Below are positions 52,701-58,659 of a stretch of 64,000 bases of DNA, one piece after another. Below the pieces are notes generated by a model. The model worked only from the letters and a program-made list of their open reading frames with translations. It made no database searches and was not told the origin of the DNA. The translations under genes were made by a program, and so were the position numbers. Numbering within the stretch: the first letter of the stretch is position 1; each line of letters opens with the position of its first letter. Origin of the DNA: a virus; the IMG/VR virus record IMGVR_UViG_3300032291_001492, positions 31,466 through 95,465 of that record. The stretch is one strand, 5' to 3'.

Positions 52701-54239
52701 TGGATACTAAACAGTGAATTAGTATACGATAATTTTGATTTTGATTATTACCCTAACCCTTGGCAGATGAAAATGATTCAAGTGTTTGGAACTCAATGGA
52801 GTCATTGGGGTACTACCTTTATGGTTAATCGTGACACATTTGCTAAAGATACCAAATATGTTAAAGTCATTGAACACTTAAACAATCTTAACTTTGTAAA
52901 AGACCGTAGAGCAATTTCAACAAATGTATTGTACGATAAAATATATATTGACCATGGAAACAAACCTGTTCCTACTGATACTACAGTGATTCAATATGAA
53001 GAAAGTTATTTAAATACATTCAAAAAATTGTTAGACAAATTACCTGAAAAGAAAGAACATTTTGTTTGGATCACTAGTTCAATATGCGACTACACTGGAT
53101 TTGATTTTACTTATATTTGTGATCCATTTGCACGTGAACAGCTTCATGTATTTCCTAGCGACAAGCAGAAATTTGGAGATACATTTTTAATAAATGTTAA
53201 CAAATTACGTGAGTTGATTTCTGAAATGAATGTATTAGAAGATTACAACAAAGTAAATTATAATCAACACCAACGTGCAAAACGTTTACCCAGTCCAATT
53301 ATTATTACAGAAGGTGATACACATGTCTCTAGTATTGACACTAATTTTGATTTCCCTTATGCTACGTTTGTCACGATTGACAACAAAGACATACAAGTAA
53401 TTGATTCTGAACCCATGAGTTTATGGGATATAGAGAGTAAAACTATTCAGGTTACTAGTGTAGGTGGAACACGTATTGTTGTGCCTAAAGAAATTAAACA
53501 ACACTTCAAACGTGAATTATACGACTATCCATACATTAGCACAAATAGTAAACTTGCAAAATCTACCCCAATGGATATTGTGTTCTTAAGTAACGGTGAA
53601 ACAGGTGCAGATGAAAACTATGATCATTTAATAAAAACTACACAAGGTTTGCCTAATCGTGTAGTAAGAGTAGATGGTGTAAAGGGTCGTGTGCAAGCAT
53701 ATCATGCGGCAGCAGAAGCAAGCAATACTCCCTGGATGTTCACAGTTTTTGCTAAATTAAAAGTTAGTAACAAGTTTGATTGGAACTGGCAACCAGACAG
53801 ATTACAGATACCTAAACATTATGTATTTCACGCTAAGAATCCTGTCAATGGTTTAGTATACGGTCATATGGCTATGATTGCTTATAATAAAAAATTAACA
53901 CTTGCTAATAAAGGTAAAGGGCTTGACTTTACTATGGACGATGAGCATGAGGTTTTAGAAATCAATTCAGGAACTGCAAATTTTAATACGGATGAATGGT
54001 CAACTTGGCGTACTAGTTTCCGTGAAGCATTAAAGTTACGTGCTAATGAGGATCAGGTCAGTAAAGATAGACTTGATATTTGGTTAACTGTTGGTATGAG
54101 TAAATTCAACGAATATAGCATGGAAGGTGCTCAACATGCAGTTGAATACTATGAAGAAGTAAATGGTGACTTTGATAAGTTAAAACTGTCTTATGACTGG
54201 CCTTGGTTACGTGCTTACTTTGATAAGAAATACAAGTAA
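49707..54239 (+). CDS. 1510-aa protein with tandem 'FDFSWHP' repeats and GT-A-like C-terminal domain(s)
   Basis: Eleven ~57-60-aa tandem units 'W.IP..ID...FDFSWHPD....PYIY.FG.QW...GGP.Y...GATE.KY'. C-terminal domain is similar to the 27017 protein. Confidence 0.7.
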   Translation: MLRDVFYYGKKPNVHPKEKFATSLEDARKQSTTEHFWIINEYCDYRGFEWDFDFEFLPDEDVWAEEHINVWPSQHQKDSGTWLCNTDNISSLIIYRADVNPVKRKNELNIYWVIRDVIDNTKFDFSWHPDPTDPPYIYIFPTNWNPVGGPEYHIEGATEKKYIATQIGVTIPQMDKWEVPDYIDVSDFDFSWVPHPDDPPFIYEFGTQWQKTCGPRYIVDDAQEVKYVSNIRVKALANMTNWTLPTNVAIDDFDFSWHPDSTSPPYIYNFPTQWAMSGGPVYTVEGATEVKYVEDMVAKAIADPERKNWEVPAFIDVDNFDFSWHPYAEDEPYIYQFGTQWQKTGGPRFLTPGVHKNSPIKYVDTRIIKSTRLASRKNFAILNNLRIAEFDYSWHPDTTEEPFIYVFGNQHYPGEIMPTIEYVVPGATQIKYVNDIIATLGPDRTNWVIIQPINEDKFDFSWKPNPKDPPYIYIWGNSYIDGKIKSTIEYHVDGATEKKYMDELVEVIPEWDRWDIPKNIDTSKFDFTWRPDPLDADFIWQFGTQHQKTGGPRYIVDDATEIKYVEENRATAIFTSMKHWEIPEGLDISEFDFSWHPDATEKPYIYVFGTQWALTGGPKYISPGATEVKYIDAPIAKAAPNRQHWIIPDNIAVEEFDFSWHPYAEDKPYIYQFGTQWQKTGGPQYITPGSDEMSPIKYVDTRILKARQLKSKGSFSVVGDIKIKDFDYSWHPDSTEQPYIYVFGNQWHPAELEPTIEYHVPGATTKKYIHDIVATTGPDMNLWDVPEGFNKNTFDFTWRPDPTSPPYIYQFGSLIDRNDGPRYNVPNNDGEVVFLERKEIALPTSVKVPQYYIETTLEDLVNKHPNEIFWALNNDIDYEKFDFDWRPQIVNIQWENEYVYVFGSPESILTQTYFVNAAMYLQGNKDFKFVENETISEKYLATLFKKSDMFFVDRGNKEAQERFDKLKQRFPTIQKTRYLNTWVDTINRCINRATTNLCWILNSELVYDNFDFDYYPNPWQMKMIQVFGTQWSHWGTTFMVNRDTFAKDTKYVKVIEHLNNLNFVKDRRAISTNVLYDKIYIDHGNKPVPTDTTVIQYEESYLNTFKKLLDKLPEKKEHFVWITSSICDYTGFDFTYICDPFAREQLHVFPSDKQKFGDTFLINVNKLRELISEMNVLEDYNKVNYNQHQRAKRLPSPIIITEGDTHVSSIDTNFDFPYATFVTIDNKDIQVIDSEPMSLWDIESKTIQVTSVGGTRIVVPKEIKQHFKRELYDYPYISTNSKLAKSTPMDIVFLSNGETGADENYDHLIKTTQGLPNRVVRVDGVKGRVQAYHAAAEASNTPWMFTVFAKLKVSNKFDWNWQPDRLQIPKHYVFHAKNPVNGLVYGHMAMIAYNKKLTLANKGKGLDFTMDDEHEVLEINSGTANFNTDEWSTWRTSFREALKLRANEDQVSKDRLDIWLTVGMSKFNEYSMEGAQHAVEYYEEVNGDFDKLKLSYDWPWLRAYFDKKYK
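50030..52190 (+). repeat. Coding tandem repeat array (~170-190 bp unit, 11 copies) inside the 1510-aa gene
   Basis: Recurrent 'ttttgattttagttggcatcc' and 'tttggaactcaatggcagaagacaggtgg'-type segments. Confidence 0.85.
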
Positions 54240-54278
54240 AAGCTAATCCATTCTTTTATATTTTTTAATAAATATAGA

Positions 54279-54440
54279 ATGGGCAATCAATTAAAAACAC
54301 TGCAAGAAAATCTAGCCAAAGACTTAGTTAGTTTGGAAGATAATGAATTAGTGACAGAACAACAGTTGGACAAAATTACTGACGTATATAGTCAAGTGTA
54401 TGATATTATTACCAACGGTATTGATAAACCCAAAGAATAA
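54279..54440 (+). CDS. Small acidic 53-aa protein, not in ORF track (MGNQLKTLQENLAKDLVSLEDNELVTEQQLDKITDVYSQVYDIITNGIDKPKE)
   Basis: TAAATA 4 nt upstream of ATG; fills an intergenic gap. Confidence 0.55.
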   Translation: MGNQLKTLQENLAKDLVSLEDNELVTEQQLDKITDVYSQVYDIITNGIDKPKE

Positions 54441-54447
54441 ATTCATA

Positions 54448-54482
54448 TTGTAACATTATTGTAACACACTATGAAATAAATA
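54448..54482 (+). promoter_or_regulatory. Pho-box-like direct repeat plus TAAATA upstream of the plcP-like gene
   Basis: TTGTAAC-ATTA-TTGTAAC (54448-54465, 11-nt period), then 11 nt to TAAATA (54477-54482). Confidence 0.6.
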
Positions 54483-54489
54483 AGTCTAT

Positions 54490-55371
54490 ATGAAGACTTA
54501 CCGCTCTATCTTTATTAGTGATGTGCATCTCGGAACTAAAGACAGCCAAGCAGGAAAACTAAACAACTTTCTCAAACACAACACCTGCGATACACTTTAT
54601 CTTGTGGGTGACATTATAGATGCATGGCGAATACAACAAAACAAATGGCGTTGGAAACAAAGTCATACTAATGTAGTCCGACGTATACTAGGTCATGCCA
54701 AGCGAGGTACTAGAGTGATTTATGTTGCAGGCAATCACGATGAATTCTTAAGACCTATGATACCTTATGGATTTAGTTTTGGACTAATAGAGATACACAA
54801 TCAAATAGAACACATAGGTGCTGATGGCAAACACTATCTAGTAACGCACGGCGATTTGTTTGACGGCATTACCCGTTTAGCACCTTGGTTAGGTTTCTTG
54901 GGTGACAAAGCCTATGACTTTATATTATATCTTAATAGCAAGTTTAATTGGGTTCGTCATAAAATGGGATTTGGCTATTGGTCATTAAGCAAATATCTTA
55001 AATACAAAGTAAAAAAAGCAGTGGACTTTATATTTCAGTTTGAACGTAATTTAGCAGACTATTGTAAGAAGCGTGGGTTTGATGGTGTTATATGTGGACA
55101 TATACATCATGCTGAGATAAAAGAAATCAACGGCGTCATGTATATGAATGATGGTGATTGGGTTGAATCATGTACGGCATTAATAGAACATCATTCAGGT
55201 ACATGGGAAATTGTAACTTGGACTAAGGAGAAGGATGATGTGGGTATTGATACTAATAGCGGTACACATGAACGATCCAACAGACCAGCCCGGGAGAGTG
55301 GAGCTACAGTTCGCGGATCAAACAACTTGTCTGCAAGTACTAAGCACCCTCAAGTGGCAACTGAAATTTAA
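54490..55371 (+). CDS. plcP: PlcP-like (LpxH2-type) metallophosphoesterase, putative phospholipase C
   Basis: Calcineurin-like motifs 'ISDVHLG', 'LVGDIID.W', 'GNHDEFLR', 'HGD.FD', 'CGHIH', 'N.GDWVES.TAL.E'. Has GNHD rather than the GNRD of E. coli-type LpxH. Adjacent GT4 and Pho box. The last ~45 aa look like read-through across an overlapping gene. Confidence 0.72.
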   Translation: MKTYRSIFISDVHLGTKDSQAGKLNNFLKHNTCDTLYLVGDIIDAWRIQQNKWRWKQSHTNVVRRILGHAKRGTRVIYVAGNHDEFLRPMIPYGFSFGLIEIHNQIEHIGADGKHYLVTHGDLFDGITRLAPWLGFLGDKAYDFILYLNSKFNWVRHKMGFGYWSLSKYLKYKVKKAVDFIFQFERNLADYCKKRGFDGVICGHIHHAEIKEINGVMYMNDGDWVESCTALIEHHSGTWEIVTWTKEKDDVGIDTNSGTHERSNRPARESGATVRGSNNLSASTKHPQVATEI

Positions 55372-55411
55372 AAGTTTTAAGGTGGTAGGAGAATGCAAAA
55401 AACAATTCTGA
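55235..55411 (+). CDS. Small 58-aa 'WVL...Cx21C' protein overlapping the plcP 3' end, not in ORF track
   Basis: Strong SD AAGGAG at 55225-55230. Sequence MMWVLILIAVHMNDPTDQPGRVELQFADQTTCLQVLSTLKWQLKFKSFKVVGECKKQF has the same motif spacing as the tmRNA-internal ORF. Confidence 0.65.
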   Translation: MMWVLILIAVHMNDPTDQPGRVELQFADQTTCLQVLSTLKWQLKFKSFKVVGECKKQF

Positions 55412-56403
55412 TAGTTACAGACAATTTACCGGATCAAATAAATGGTGTCGTTACAACATACAAAAATATTGAGGCTTGTGCGCTTTTGGATGGTTATAAT
55501 GTTGTTTACATTACTCCCGGGGACTTCCGCCACTTTGATTGTCCTGGCTACAACGAAGTCAAGATTGCCTATCCAAGGCAGATGGGCAAGAAGATTGAGG
55601 AGATCGGTCCGGATTATATCCATATCGCCACAGAGGGTCCTATTGGTTTGTCTGCTAGAAAATATCTTTCAAAACATAATCTTCGGTACAATACTGCTTA
55701 TCATACTAAGTTCCCTGAAGGACTTAGAGCCTTATTTGGTATCCCTGAGGCTCTTACTTGGCCTTTAGTCAGATGGTTTCATAAACACAGTGGCAAAGTA
55801 TTGACCACTACAGATACAATGGTAAAGGAGTTAAAAAATCATGGCTTTGATGGAGATATTATTCCTTGGACTCGTGGGGTTGATCGTACTATATTTTCTC
55901 CTGCCTTAAGAGATGAATGGCATGGTCAAGAAATTATTTTACTATGTGTTAGTCGTGTATCTAAAGAAAAAAACTTAGAAGATTTTTTTGAACTAGACTA
56001 TCCCAATAGTCGCAAGATAATGGTGGGCGATGGCCCTATGTTAGAAACTTACAAAAAGCAGTATCCTGACATAGATTTTGTGGGATTCAAAACAGGTGTA
56101 GAACTTGCTACCTATTATGCCAATGCTGATGTTTTTGTGTTTCCTAGCAAATGGGAAACGTTTGGTATTGTTATGATTGAAGCAATGGCTTGTGGTACCC
56201 CTGTTGCGGCTTATCCTGTGCAAGGCCCGTTAGATGTTATAGATGAGGGTGTGACTGGTTGTATGAATGATGAGTTAAAACAAGCAGTTAAGGATGCTCT
56301 AATGCTATCTAGAGGATTAGTATATCATGGCAGTCAGCGTTGGACTTGGGAACGTGCTTGGGAAATATTCCGTGACAATCTAGTTGACAAACATCATGAA
56401 TAA
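55393..56403 (+). CDS. GT4 glycosyltransferase, Agt-like (diacylglycerol glycosyltransferase candidate)
   Basis: 'ILIVTD....QINGVVTT', 'IHIATEGPIG', 'YHTKFPE', 'W.RGVD', 'RVSKEKN', 'FPS..ETFG.V..EAMACGTPVAA'. SD AGGAG. Lies directly after the plcP-like gene. Confidence 0.8.
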   Translation: MQKTILIVTDNLPDQINGVVTTYKNIEACALLDGYNVVYITPGDFRHFDCPGYNEVKIAYPRQMGKKIEEIGPDYIHIATEGPIGLSARKYLSKHNLRYNTAYHTKFPEGLRALFGIPEALTWPLVRWFHKHSGKVLTTTDTMVKELKNHGFDGDIIPWTRGVDRTIFSPALRDEWHGQEIILLCVSRVSKEKNLEDFFELDYPNSRKIMVGDGPMLETYKKQYPDIDFVGFKTGVELATYYANADVFVFPSKWETFGIVMIEAMACGTPVAAYPVQGPLDVIDEGVTGCMNDELKQAVKDALMLSRGLVYHGSQRWTWERAWEIFRDNLVDKHHE

Positions 56404-56412
56404 ATATATAAT
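56384..56412 (+). promoter_or_regulatory. Sigma70 promoter with an embedded TAAATA motif
   Basis: TTGACA-N17-TATAAT; TAAATA at 56401-56406. Confidence 0.75.
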
Positions 56413-56430
56413 AACTTAAGGACTATATTT

Positions 56431-56778
56431 ATGGATACAGATTTTTTTCGGAAATACATTAATTTGTTAGAAGACCAAGAAGTGCAACAATTGCGTCATG
56501 GTGATTTTGAACAACGTCAACTCCAACCAACAGAAATGCAAAAGTTAACTGGTAAAACTGTTAACGCATGGGCTCAACAACTGGGATTAGATTTATCTAA
56601 AATACAAACAGGATTGTTCACATTGAACGGTGGTGTGCAAGCTCCGGCAGTAAACGTTGGTATGCCCTCTCAAGTTGATCCAGAAACAATGGATGAAATG
56701 AAAAGAGCATTGGGGTCTATTGGAATCACTGTCATCCCAGGAGGTATTGGATTGTATCTAGTACTGAATGCTGGGTAA
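56431..56778 (+). CDS. Hypothetical protein
   Basis: SD AAGGA and a promoter upstream. Confidence 0.7.
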   Translation: MDTDFFRKYINLLEDQEVQQLRHGDFEQRQLQPTEMQKLTGKTVNAWAQQLGLDLSKIQTGLFTLNGGVQAPAVNVGMPSQVDPETMDEMKRALGSIGITVIPGGIGLYLVLNAG

Positions 56779-56797
56779 AATTCTAGCTAAATACTAG

Positions 56798-57151
56798 ATG
56801 CGTATCATAGAAATCCTTACCGAATCACATCATAACTTTACCACTGCTTATCACATTACTACTGTTGAAAATGCAGACAACATCACATATGGTGGATTGG
56901 ATCCATATGATGGCAATGCCTATCTAATAGTAGATACCGGTAATAAAGAAAAACTTAGTAATGATTTCAGAACTGTTGCCGGTTGGATGCTGGCTAAAAC
57001 TGAACGCACAGAAGAACCACTGACTTTACTAAAAGTAAATATAACAGGAATCCCATTAGAAAAAGATAGTGGTTGGTATGTATCCAAGGCACCTATTCCA
57101 GCTGATCGTATCACTGATATGGGTGAAGATGCATTCAATAGCGTAGCATAA
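56798..57151 (+). CDS. Hypothetical protein, possibly ADP-ribosyltransferase/Tpt1-like fold
   Basis: 'AYHITT..N...I..GGL.P...YL...LLKV...IP..I' pattern; TAAATA 4 nt upstream. Confidence 0.45.
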   Translation: MRIIEILTESHHNFTTAYHITTVENADNITYGGLDPYDGNAYLIVDTGNKEKLSNDFRTVAGWMLAKTERTEEPLTLLKVNITGIPLEKDSGWYVSKAPIPADRITDMGEDAFNSVA

Positions 57152-57155
57152 TTAC

Positions 57156-57184
57156 TTGACAATTACTTTGAATAAATATATACT
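57156..57184 (+). promoter_or_regulatory. Sigma70 promoter of the tmRNA with an embedded TAAATA motif
   Basis: TTGACA (57156-57161)-N17-TATACT (57179-57184); TAAATA at 57173-57178. Confidence 0.8.
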
Positions 57185-57190
57185 GTAAGT

Positions 57191-57620
57191 TATTGCTGTA
57201 TGAAGCAAAGAGAAAAGTGTTCTGGACGGGGGTGCGAATCCCCCCAGGTCCACCATAAGGAAAACTATGAACACAACATTTGTGTGGGTGTTGACGTTTA
57301 CTGTTTTGGGAGTAAATCCTGAGCATAAGGCGTTTCCCAAATATCCATCCAAACAAGAGTGTGAGCAAGCGTTAGTGCAGACAAGAGCAGAGTACAAGGC
57401 AAAGAACAAGCATATAGCTGGCGCCTGTACACTGATTATAAAATAGTATCCTTATGATGGGCCTGCATAGTTTCGACAGGGCAACAAGTAAATGAGTGGA
57501 CAGCACGGTAGGCGATGACCGTAAATCAAGCAAAAAAAGTAAACGCAAACGACTCACAGTTTAGCATTGCAGCCTGATTCAGGCAGCTAGGGTAAGACAT
57601 ACCTCGTAACAGAAACTCAG
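57191..57620 (+). ncRNA. ssrA: Circularly permuted (two-piece) tmRNA: acceptor piece ~57191-57255, intervening segment 57256-57458, coding piece 57459-~57620; tag ANDSQFSIAA*
   Basis: T-arm GGGGG-TGCGAAT-CCCCC followed by CAGGTCC-ACCA (57245-57255) lies upstream of the 5' end GGGCCTG (57459-57465). Together they form a 7-bp acceptor stem with the G3-U Ala determinant. 'TTTCGAC' D-like region; CAGGGCA (57477-57483) pairs with TGTTCTG (57218-57224). Tag ORF at 57545-57577. Outer ends are estimates. Confidence 0.92.
57267..57446 (+). CDS. 59-aa ORF inside the tmRNA intervening segment (MNTTFVWVLTFTVLGVNPEHKAFPKYPSKQECEQALVQTRAEYKAKNKHIAGACTLIIK)
   Basis: SD TAAGGA immediately after the CCA. Occupies 180 of the 203-nt intervening segment. 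Motif match to the 55235 ORF. Confidence 0.7.
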   Translation: MNTTFVWVLTFTVLGVNPEHKAFPKYPSKQECEQALVQTRAEYKAKNKHIAGACTLIIK

Positions 57621-57644
57621 AATAGGCTCTTCGGGGCCTATTTT
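57621..57644 (+). terminator. Intrinsic terminator after the tmRNA
   Basis: AATAGGCTC-TTCG-GGGCCTATT followed by TT. Confidence 0.8.
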
Positions 57645-57765
57645 CCCGTTAAGAATGCATATTTATTGAGTAAAGAGTAAAATTATTGGTAGATATTTAT
57701 ATTAATAAATATTATTCTAGCCTGTAAAACAGGTTTAAATTTAAATCATAAAGGAAATATTTAAA

Positions 57766-58311
57766 ATGAAGAAAATTACAATCGCATCTCTATTTGCATT
57801 TTTAGCAATCAGCGCATCAGCCGCAGACTTTGTTACTGTTGACGTTGACTCAGTTAAAAACAACGTAAGTGGTGTTCAAAGCACCGCACAATATGTTCGT
57901 GCAGGTAAAGATATCGGCGGAATTCAATTTGGGCTACAAAGCCGCACCGCAGTTTCACATACAGGTGGTATGTTGAATAGTTTAGAACTTACCGGTGGTA
58001 AAGCTATTGGCGTTATTACACCCTTCGTTGGTGTAGGTTTTGATAATGGATTGAATGGTGCACGTGGTGCTGACTATCAATATGGACTATTAGGTGCAAC
58101 AACTGGTATGAAAGTTGGTCCTGGTTTTGCTCTAGTAGGTGTTAAAACACGTTTAGGAACAACAGCCGCAGTTGAAACAAAGCAAACTATCGCTTTTGGT
58201 ACATACAGTATTCCTGTTGCAAAGAATGTTGCATTGAATATTAACGCAAGCAAAAGCTATCAAGACATTCAAGAGAATGCTTATGGTTTAGGTTTAGGTT
58301 TTAGATTCTAA
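57766..58311 (+). CDS. Outer-membrane beta-barrel protein
   Basis: Signal peptide MKKITIASLFAFLAISASA, alternating Gly/aromatic strands and C-terminal BAM-type signal 'YGLGLGFRF'. Confidence 0.75.
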   Translation: MKKITIASLFAFLAISASAADFVTVDVDSVKNNVSGVQSTAQYVRAGKDIGGIQFGLQSRTAVSHTGGMLNSLELTGGKAIGVITPFVGVGFDNGLNGARGADYQYGLLGATTGMKVGPGFALVGVKTRLGTTAAVETKQTIAFGTYSIPVAKNVALNINASKSYQDIQENAYGLGLGFRF

Positions 58312-58329
58312 TCATTGATTGATTATACC

Positions 58330-58356
58330 AAAGGGGCTTTACAGCCCCTTTTTTTT
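58330..58356 (+). terminator. Intrinsic terminator
   Basis: AAAGGGGCT-TTAC-AGCCCCTTT followed by a T-run. Confidence 0.88.
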
Positions 58357-58395
58357 ATTATAAAATAGTCCTATATTTTATAATTAGGAGATATC

Positions 58396-58632
58396 ATGAC
58401 TGTAGAATCAGCAACAACATTTTTGGCAGCTACTATACTAAGTGGTTTGGGTTTTGTAATTATATGTGTTGTATTGGTAGTAGTTAATAACATTTTTTCA
58501 AAATATTGGAAGCCAGTTAATCTAGCACTATGGTTACCTAAATCTTTTTCTGCCGAGCCACCTAGATTTGCAACACAAGAAGAACTAGAAAGAATTGCAC
58601 CTACACTTGACGAAAAAGTTAAAGTTAAATGA
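58396..58632 (+). CDS. Small membrane protein
   Basis: SD AGGAG and an N-terminal hydrophobic helix. Confidence 0.7.
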   Translation: MTVESATTFLAATILSGLGFVIICVVLVVVNNIFSKYWKPVNLALWLPKSFSAEPPRFATQEELERIAPTLDEKVKVK

Positions 58633-58659
58633 CAAAGATAGGGTTGAGTAAATAGTTTA

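Noticed and set aside
55235-55371. Functional C-terminal extension of the phosphoesterase (DDVGIDTNSG...VATEI)
   Set aside because: Non-domain-like tail best explained as read-through across the overlapping 58-aa gene, which has its own strong SD.
54490-55371. Lipid A biosynthesis enzyme LpxH
   Set aside because: GNHD rather than GNRD, an adjacent Agt-like GT4 and a Pho-like box favour PlcP; not fully excluded without a phylogeny.
57224-57255. Stand-alone tRNA or tRNA fragment (att site) ending in CCA
   Set aside because: No D or anticodon arm upstream. The complementary acceptor strand lies downstream at 57459 followed by a tag ORF, so it is the acceptor piece of a permuted tmRNA. No integrase is in the window.
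57135-57557. Minus-strand ORFs 57135-57368, 57152-57409 and 57372-57557
   Set aside because: Antisense shadows of the tmRNA and its internal ORF; promoter, SD and terminator all point to the plus strand.
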